DNA of 64,000 nt from Felis catus (lineage: Eukaryota). The DNA is taken from contig NC_058369.1 of assembly GCF_018350175.1 (NCBI RefSeq), forward strand, positions 2,606,001 to 2,670,000, written 5' to 3'. This document shows positions 60,938 through 64,000 of the stretch, piece after piece; within the stretch, counting starts at the first letter, position 1; each line of letters opens with the position of its first letter. A program made the position numbers and the translations under genes. The notes below the pieces were generated by a model. It ran no database searches. It worked only from the letters and a program-made list of their open reading frames with translations, and had not been told where the DNA came from.

Positions 60938-61289
60938 TTAATCACAGCGCAAATCGCTTCCGCCCGCTGCGCTCACCCCCCCCCCCGTTCAGCCCCCGCC
61001 AACCTGGCTGGTGCTCTGAATGTCCATCCCGACCTCAGGGCCTTTGCTCCAGCTGTCCTGGGAAATTCCCTGGCCTCATGGAGCTGACATTCAAGACGAG
61101 GGGACAGACGTTGAGAAAAACAGGGCCTTAGAGTAAACGATGTATTGGGTTAGAACGTGCAGAGCCGTGTTGGGATGGGGGGGGGCGGGTCTATGGGGCT
61201 GGGACTACTAAGGGGAGTGAAAGCTTAAAATATGGTAGCTAAGGCCATATGGAGGTGCATGTGAGCAGAAACCCGGAGGAGGAAGAGAA

Positions 61290-61640
61290 CCAGGTATGGG
61301 AGTGCCAGAGGAAACAGCAGTCCGGGCAGAGGGCATAGCACGTGCAAAGGCCCTGGGGCAGGACCTGCCTGGGATACTGGAGAAGAGCGAGGAGGCCCAT
61401 TTGACTGGAGCAGACTGAGTGAGGGGGAGAGAGGGAGAAGGAGAGGACAAGGAGGGGTCTGGGGCAGACCATGGAGGGCCTTGGGGGCGGTGGGGAGAAT
61501 CTGGGCTTTTACCCTGAGGGAGGTGGGAGTCCTGGAGGGCTGTGGGCAGGGGAGGGCGGGACCTGACTCAGGTGTTCACAGGCGCCCTCTCGTGGCTGCT
61601 GCGGGGAGGACTGACCGTGAGGGGAGAGGACAGGCTAGAA
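61290..61640. mobile_element. L2-derived fragment, one of ~10 related copies (others near 1880, 9590, 13890, 15450, 16310, 23450, 24740, 49960, 57655)
   Basis: TGCAAAGGCCCTG...GGAGGCCC...CTGGAGCAGA...CTGGAGGG...ACCTGACT resembles the remembered L2 3' consensus. Confidence 0.65.
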
Positions 61641-61821
61641 GGGACTGCTGGGGTCCAGCTGAGTGACGGTGGGGGCTGGGCGCCCCTGGAGGCAGAGGAG
61701 AGGCTGTCCTTCAGGACTTTTTTCCAACTTTTCTTCTTGCCATTACAAATAATGTTGCAACAGGCGCTTCTTTTCCACCTTTCGAAGTGAAAACACTTTT
61801 CGTATGTTTCACTTCCAAATG

Positions 61822-62024
61822 TTTATTATTTTTTAAAGTTTATTTATTTATCGTAAGAGAGAGAGAGAGAGGAAGCGCGTATGAGTAGGGGCAGGGAGAG
61901 AGAGGAAGCGAGAGAATCCCCAGCAGGCTCCGCACCATCAGCACGGAGCCTGATGCGGGGCTCAAACTCATGGACTGTGAGATCGTGACGTGAGCCGAAG
62001 TCGGACGCTAACCCCGGGCGCCCC
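61822..62024 (-). mobile_element. Can-SINE
   Basis: Reverse body with a shortened head, ending GGGCGCCCC. Confidence 0.88.
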
Positions 62025-62040
62025 TGACTTTGAAATTTTT

Positions 62041-62234
62041 CATTTTGTTAATGTTTTTATTTATTTTTGAGACAGAGAGAGACAGAGCATGAGCAGGAGA
62101 GAGAGAGGAAGACACAGAGTCCAGGCTCGGAGCTGTCAGCACAGAGCCCGACGCGGGGCTCGAACTCACAGACCGCGAGATCATGACCTGAGCTGAAGTC
62201 GGACGCTTAACCCACTGAGTCCCCCAGGCGCCCC
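62041..62234 (-). mobile_element. Can-SINE with a perfect 16-nt TSD
   Basis: TGACTTTGAAATTTTT at 62025-62040 and 62235-62250. Confidence 0.93.
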
Positions 62235-62344
62235 TGACTTTGAAATTTTTAAATGCTGGGAATAGTAGTCCGCCTTTTCCCTGCCATCCATTGTTCCGGT
62301 GATTTGTTATGAAAACTTGCAAATGTATCGAAAAGTTTAGGTTA

Positions 62345-62566
62345 GGGGTGTCTGGGTGGCTCAGTGCGTTAAGTGGCCAACTCTTGATTTTGGCTCAGGT
62401 CATGATCTCACGGTTCGGGAGACTGAGCCTCAAGTCAGGCTCTGCCCTGGCAGCACAGAGCCTGCTTGGGATTCTCTCTCTGTCTCTCTACCCCTCCCCC
62501 ACTTGTGCTATTTCTCAAAAAAATAATAATAATAATAATAAATAAATAAACACCTTTTTCAAAAAA
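62345..62566 (+). mobile_element. Can-SINE
   Basis: GGGGTGTCTGGGTGGCTCAG head and (AAT)n tail, with GAAAAGTTTA flanking both sides. Confidence 0.9.
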
Positions 62567-62767
62567 GAAAAGTTTAAAGAATTGTACAGCTAACTGTCAT
62601 ATGCCCACCATCCACTTTCCCCAGTTAACCTACGGCTGTATCTGCTCTATTATATAGCTAACCACACACACACACACGCACGCACACAAGCACACACACA
62701 CAATTATACATATCAAAATAAATTGCACACCTCACATCCATTAGAACAGCTACTATCAAAAAGTACA

Positions 62768-62995
62768 GGGGCGCCTGGGTGGCTCAGTTGGCTAAGCATC
62801 TGACTTCGGCTCAGGTCATGATCTCACAATTCATGGGTTCGAGCCCCGGGTCGGGCTCTGTGCTGACAGCTCGGAGCCTGGAGCCTGCTTCGGATTCTGG
62901 GTCTCTCTCTCTCTCTCTCTCTCTGCCCCTCCCCTGCTTGCGCTCTGTGTGTGTCTCTCTCTGTCTCTCAAAAGATGAATAAACCTTTTTTTTTT
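62768..62995 (+). mobile_element. Can-SINE inserted in an L1 relic
   Basis: Canonical full-length body. Confidence 0.94.
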
Positions 62996-62999
62996 AAAG

Positions 63000-63370
63000 G
63001 CACAGATGTGGCAAAATTGGAACCCCCGGGCCAGGATGGCCAGGATGTAGAATGGTGCGGCCACCGTGGAAAACAGTTCAGCAGTGCCTCAAAAAGTTAA
63101 ACGTAGTCTTCCCATGGGATCCATCAACAGATGAAGACATAAACAAACTGTGGTCCATCCACACCATATGCAACAGTATTCAGCCCTAAGAAGGAAGGAT
63201 ATCTTGGCACCTGCCGCAACCTGGATGGACCTTGAGGACACTGTGCTCAGTGAAATAAGCCCGACACAAAAGGACACATCCGGCATGATCCCACGCGCTG
63301 GAGGTCCCTAGGCGAATAACATCCGAAGAGACAAAAAATACAATCGAGGTTACCAGGGCCTGAGGCTCCT
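63000..63370 (+). mobile_element. L1M 3' relic
   Basis: TGTAGAATGGTGC.GCC..GTGGAAAACAG, CCATCAACAGATGAA and GGACCTTGAGGACA...AGTGAAATAAGCC. Confidence 0.8.
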
Positions 63371-63774
63371 GGGAATAATTCTCCTGTGAACACGGGTATA
63401 CAATTACCTGTTTGGGTGTATGTCTTAGATATACATCTAAGAGCAGAATTGCTGGGCCGTATGGTATGTTTAACTTTTTGAGGAATACTATCCTGTTTGG
63501 ACATAACTGCTTAAAAGCTTGCTTTGTCTTGTGTGGACAGCATCCTGGTGACAGCCAGGGGTAGTCTGGACTCTCACGGGGGCAGTAAGATGAGGAAAAG
63601 GTGACGGGATTCCGACCCTATTTCAGACCCTGGATGGATAGGTTGGGAAGGTAAGAATGGCATCCAGGTACTGGTGAGAAACCTTGCACTTATCCTGCAG
63701 AGCGCTCTTGCTCCGAAACTCCATATCCAATCCTTCCTCAAATCCTGTTTGCCCTACCTCCAAAATTAATTCAG

Positions 63775-63905
63775 GGGAGCCTGGTTGGCTCAGCGAGTGT
63801 CGTGCGCCACTCTTGATCTCGGGGGGGGGTATGAGTTCAAGCCCCACGTGTGGGTGTAGAAATTACTTAAAATCTCTAAAAAAAAAAAATCATAATAAAA
63901 ATAAA
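63775..63905 (+). mobile_element. Short (older-type) Can-SINE
   Basis: tRNA-like head and A-tail; TSD CAAAATTAAT(T/C)CAG at 63761-63774 and 63906-63919. Confidence 0.8.
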
Positions 63906-64000
63906 CAAAATTAATCCAGAATCTGAGTACTTCTGGTCTCTTTGCTTCCACCCTCCTAATATCGATTTTCTGCCTACCAGTCCAAAAAAAGCCTGTTCAG

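Overview
GC-rich mammalian genomic DNA. The many feliform-type Can-SINEs point to a cat or close relative, and the gene order matches the human 19p13.3 NFIC-SMIM24-SMIM44 block. On the + strand, positions 1-22909 are the distal part of NFIC intron 2, followed by NFIC coding exons 3-11 (22910-43062, all GT-AG, phases consistent) and a ~6 kb 3' UTR ending near 49000. On the - strand lie SMIM44 (2 exons, 145 aa) and SMIM24 (4 exons, 127 aa, with a 1.5 kb GGAT array in intron 3). The most interesting feature is an apparently intact three-exon tandem paralogue of SMIM24 (53425-52417, 105 aa). It keeps a signal-peptide-like exon, a TM exon of the same 112-nt length and the GLELE tail, but lacks the C-terminal PDZ-binding motif. 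Other notable signals: a BANP/ETS/RFX/ZNF143 promoter-type motif set around NFIC exon 6, a dual-frame NFIC exon 10, a triple D-box, and old-looking L1M/L2 relics that are unexpectedly similar to each other and GC-shifted. All coordinates were read by hand. Gene and repeat names come from remembered reference sequences, not database searches.
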